NCBI GenBank assembly: GCA_964016885.1
Contig: OZ024746.1
Location: 5,208,001 to 5,272,000 of the forward strand
DNA length: 64,000 nt
Source of the DNA: Eledone cirrhosa
Lineage: Eukaryota
Reading direction: 5' to 3'
Part shown: in pieces, positions 59,899 through 64,000 of the stretch
Position numbering within the stretch: the first letter of the stretch is position 1
How the letters are laid out: each line of letters starts with the position of its first letter
Notes under the pieces: generated by a model
Told to the model about the DNA's origin: nothing
Databases searched by the model: none
What the model saw: only the letters and a program-made list of their open reading frames with translations
Position numbers and translations under genes: made by a program

Positions 59899-60249
59899 TG
59901 GAATGTTTGAAGAAAATCTTCCACTCCCATCTTTCTAACCTTTCCTATCTAAAAAACTCATCTTGGTTGATGGAAGATGTGAGAGGGGGGGGGGGTCATA
60001 AAAAGTGTAATCAGCTAAAACATTCCATAAATCATTTGAAAACTTACTAGTTATAGTCCTATTTTCAAATAACCGATAGATATTTAGCCATGCGCAATGA
60101 AACTCATCGATTAGTTCTTAAGTGCTACAGACAACCGTTGCTAGTTAAATTGTAGTGTAGTTTGTAATGGTTCACAGCTTCAGAGCTGAGATGGTGTTAG
60201 AAGATAAGCCACATGCGTACATGCCACTATCTGTCTGTATGAGCATGAA

Positions 60250-60259
60250 TATATAAGTA

Positions 60260-60312
<53 letters not shown>

Positions 60313-60411
60313 ATATAAGCATGTGTCTATATATATATATGTGTGTGTGTGTGTGTATATAAGCATGTGTCTATATATATATATATGTGCATCTATATAT
60401 AAGCATGTGTC

Positions 60412-60448
<37 letters not shown>

Positions 60449-60471
60449 ATATGTGCTTGTATATATAAGCA

Positions 60472-60525
<54 letters not shown>

Positions 60526-60571
60526 TGCTTATATAAACATGTGTCTATATATATATATTTATATATATATA

Positions 60572-60629
<58 letters not shown>

Positions 60630-60766
60630 CTTGTATATATAAGCATGTGTCTATATATATATATATATATGTGCATGTATATATAAACATGTGTATATAT
60701 ATATGTGCATGTATATATAAGCATGTGTCTATATATAAGTGTGTGTGTGTGTGTGTATATAAGCAT
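60250..60766. repeat. (TA)n-embedded aagcatgtgtc repeat with one inverted unit
   Basis: ~9 units tatataagcatgtgtctata; inverted agacacatgctt at ~60519-60530. Confidence 0.85.
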
Positions 60767-60876
60767 TTGTCCATTGTGAATATGCATGTATGTAATTGCA
60801 GGTACGCTAGCATGTTTGATTCTGACGTATATGTCTATCAACTTATTAACCTGTATATATTGTCTATCGATCTATC

Positions 60877-61617
60877 ATGGCCTGGCAGTGTTACAGAAGA
60901 GCTCTACCAGTTCGAGACAAGATCCACAGGCACGGACGCCCTGGCAGGGATCCTTCCAAGAGGACGTGTCCAAGATGCGAGCAGGACATTGAAACCGTCT
61001 TGCACGCAATTGTACGCTGCCCGGGCGTAACCGACTTGTGAACCAACGCAGAACAACTGCTGTCGCGTATAGAACAAATCCAGTTGACTGCCGAGTCCAT
61101 AGTAAGGGTCAAATCGCCATCTTCTTTCCAAAACCAAAGAGAGGTGGTTTTCCTCTGTATAGTGGCTATGGTGAAAGGGGTTATATGGTGGACAAGGTTG
61201 AGAGGACTGAGGACAGATGCCTTTCTCTCCGGACAACTCATTCCATTCTTTAGATACCACTTTAGGAGGAGAATCAGAGTGGAGAGAGAGGCGCTGCACC
61301 CCAGTAAATTTACTGAAAGGTGGGTGAATGTGGCAAAAATGGCCCGAGTGATTGGGCCTTCTCTGGATTAAAACCTGTAGGTTGAAGATGAGAGCAAAAG
61401 GAGGAAAGGAGCACTTGCACAACACGCTCCTGAAGTTGAGGGTTGTTCTATCGACGGGGTATTAAACAACCCATTTGTGGTGCTTCCCCCCTATTGGGTA
61501 TTTCGATTGTTGAATTTGTTTGTTTAAACATTTTTTTTTTACACGATTTGTATGTAAAATCCCCGGCATATGTCCTTGTATTGTTCCCTTTTCTTGTGCC
61601 CCTTGTGGCAAATAAAG

Positions 61618-61620
<3 letters not shown>
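60877..61620 (+). mobile_element. L1-Tx1 clade LINE 3' fragment (zf-RVT/CCHC region plus 3'UTR)
   Basis: AWQCYRRALPVRDKIHRHG..CPRCEQDIETVLHAIVRCP..*..FLCIVAMVKGVIWWTR..ERW; ends gtggcaaataaagaaa before (TC)n; tctatcgatctatc upstream. Confidence 0.85.
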
Positions 61621-61711
<91 letters not shown>

Positions 61712-61715
61712 ATCT

Positions 61716-62068
61716 ATATATGGTGGACGAGGCTGAAAGGGCTGAGGTCAGACACCTTTCTCTCCGGCGAATGTGACAAGGATGGCCCGAGTGGTTGGGC
61801 CGTCTCTCTATATAAGCCTGTAGGTTGATGAAAAAGAGGAGGGGAGGAAAGGAGCGCTCGCTCTTCGTGCTCCTGGAGTTGAGGGTTGTACATTTTTTTG
61901 GGGTGTGTACAACTCATGTGTAACGCTTCCCCCTATTAAGGATTTCAATTGTTATTTGTTATTTATTTATTAGTTCTATTTTTATACGATTGTATGTAAT
62001 CTCCCCACTTTCTCACTTTCTATTTGTATTTGTCTCCATCTTTTGTGCCCCTGTGGCAAATAAAGAAA
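61716..62068 (+). mobile_element. Second, diverged L1-Tx1 3' fragment
   Basis: Colinear with 61182-61620 (internal deletion); same end gtggcaaataaagaaa; (TATC)n on both sides. Confidence 0.8.
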
Positions 62069-62087
62069 TATATCTATCTATCTACCC

Positions 62088-62157
<70 letters not shown>

Positions 62158-62502
62158 ATCTATCTATATATCTATCTATCTATCTATACATCCATCTATC
62201 TATCTACATTTATATATATATATGTGTGTATACATATACATACACATATACATACACATACACATATATATACATACGCACGGACACACACACACACACA
62301 TACATACACACATACATATATATACACACACATACTTATATATACATACACACACTCACACTCACACTCACACACACACATAAGTTATCACCGAATCTGC
62401 AATGAGATGTTGAATCTCATTATCTCTTATCGTTGAGAACACATCTAAACAATACATCTAATTATACCCGGTTATAACATATGTTTACATATACTAACAT
62501 AT

Positions 62503-62565
<63 letters not shown>

Positions 62566-62570
<5 letters not shown>

Positions 62571-62795
62571 AAAAAAGAAAAAATATGAAATCGAAAATGC
62601 AAATGGAGTCTTAAAAAAAATATATATATTTATTTGGTTCCTTTACCGGTTTCGCAGTTCTTCTGCTTTTCAAATGTAGAGTTGAGATGGAGGGTCTGTG
62701 GTTTTTCTCACATGTGGTAAAGGAACCAAATAAATGTATATATATATTTTTTAAATAAGACTCAAGTTACATTTTCGATTTCATCTTTTTTCCTT
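62566..62795. mobile_element. PLE-derived fold-back element with degenerate hammerhead
   Basis: ~80-bp inverted arms 62566-62647 / 62716-62795; minus strand tTGAAaA-GCAG aagaa CTGC-GAAA-ccgg-TA; (TA)n flanks. Confidence 0.7.
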
Positions 62796-62815
62796 ATATA
62801 TATACTTACATACAT

Positions 62816-63133
62816 GGTGGCTGCCAACTCGTTTTCGAGTACGGCCACTACTTTATATCCATGTAGGAGAACCCCTACCGATGCGCTGAACGAGTGTGAC
62901 TTTTTAGTCTAGCCAGCGACTTGAAAACTCTGGTACAAACACTAAACTTGTGACAATTATTGACACATAGTGCTGGGCCCATGGTACCATGTGACGACAA
63001 GTGCAGAGATATCTCCAGATATAAAGCAATGCCTGTGCCGTGAAGCTTTTATAGTGAGCAAAAGCACTGCACAAAGCCAGTCCCACTCTCTTAACCAAGA
63101 TGATATTTACCAAAAAGAAGAATAAGTCAACAT
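62816..63133 (-). mobile_element. RTE-derived non-autonomous element in (TATG)n
   Basis: Near-identical to 51348-51595 and colinear with 14760-14880. Confidence 0.85.
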
Positions 63134-63240
63134 ACCATACGTACATACATACAGTGATACATACAAACATACATACATACATACATACATACATACATAC
63201 ATACATACATACATACATACATACATACATACATACACAC

Positions 63241-63574
63241 ATAGTAACTGCCTCAAAACAAATCTTGAGAAGCTAGGCTTCACAGGAACAGAAAGAACAC
63301 AACTAGTTAGGAAATTACAAGTACAATCCATTAATGGAACAGTAAAAATATGTAAAACATTCCAAAAAGTTGCATCTAATAACTGCATATATACATGTAC
63401 AGATACAACTCAAAACATACATATCCACACATACAATAACATCCATGCAGACATGCATACATATCTACCTAGTTGATGTGTAAATTCCAATGAAAGAGTC
63501 TTGAGTCTATGTTAGAAACCGACTCTCTCTATTGGTAAAAAATTGTGAAATTATAAAACCAGAAAAACATAAAA
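63241..63574 (+). mobile_element. Second R4/Dong-like family 3' fragment in (TACA)n
   Basis: CLKTNLEKLGFTGTERTQLVRKLQVQSINGTVKICKTF aligns with LDQCITELGFADK*RSSLIHSLQMAAIAGTFKICKTF of the 31616 element; ends aaaa-tacatacata. Confidence 0.8.
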
Positions 63575-63852
63575 TACATACATAGAAATCTCGCAACGAT
63601 TACCTCCGATGTTTGAATTATTCGAAAGTAAAGTTCCGATGAGACGATCTTTGAGACTACATTCACTGCCACCTCCACTCTCATTTATGCTATGACCTAT
63701 AAGATAAATAGCAAACATTACAATAGAAGGCTGCTGACCAATATATATATATACTAGGCCTTTTGTTTTCATTCGCTGAAGCGTATATCAGATAATCAAC
63801 AGCCGGTCGTTGTGCTGCTACCATGACCAAAGTCTTCTGTTTCTACTCTATG

Positions 63853-64000
63853 TCAAGTCAGTCAATCATATTGATGGCCTCCCCCACAGCAAGGGAGACG
63901 CGCTGGAAGAGCCATTCCAACTTGCGAGGCTCACGCCTGCAGCTGGCCAGCTCAGCGCCTATGGTGGCGAGTAGGGAGGTAGCCCTAGGGCCGAGGACAC
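63853..64000 (-). mobile_element. CRE-clade 3' end, second copy (runs off window)
   Basis: Homologous to 51952-52138 with a ~40-bp internal deletion. Confidence 0.85.

Noticed and set aside
57792-60050. Overlapping 200-300 aa His/Thr- or Cys/Met-rich ORFs
   Set aside because: Microsatellite translations open in several frames on both strands

Overview
Repeat-dense, AT-rich eukaryotic non-coding DNA. It is most likely from an octopod cephalopod, judged from the extreme microsatellite density and SINE families recalled from memory, not from a search. No host protein-coding gene can be supported, and almost all long ORFs in the track are translated microsatellites. The window is a mosaic of retroelement fragments that sort by microsatellite type. 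(1) About 20 short Penelope-like-element (PLE) termini sit in or beside (TA)n. They carry minimal type-I hammerhead ribozymes, are mostly arranged as fold-back palindromes broken at or near the ribozyme, and share a covarying bulged hairpin (RCTC-stem-loop-stem-bulge-GAGY) across five otherwise dissimilar families. (2) R4/Dong-like restriction-endonuclease LINE 3' ends sit in (TACA)n. (3) RTE-derived non-autonomous elements sit in (TATG)n. (4) L1-Tx1 3' ends sit in (TATC)n/(TC)n. Also present are decayed PLE RT and GIY-YIG coding remnants, RTE, CR1 and CRE fragments, tRNA-derived SINEs, a mariner MITE, several minisatellites and a mirror-symmetric (TA)n array. The best candidate for an undescribed system is the ribozyme + bulged-hairpin + (TA)n fold-back module.
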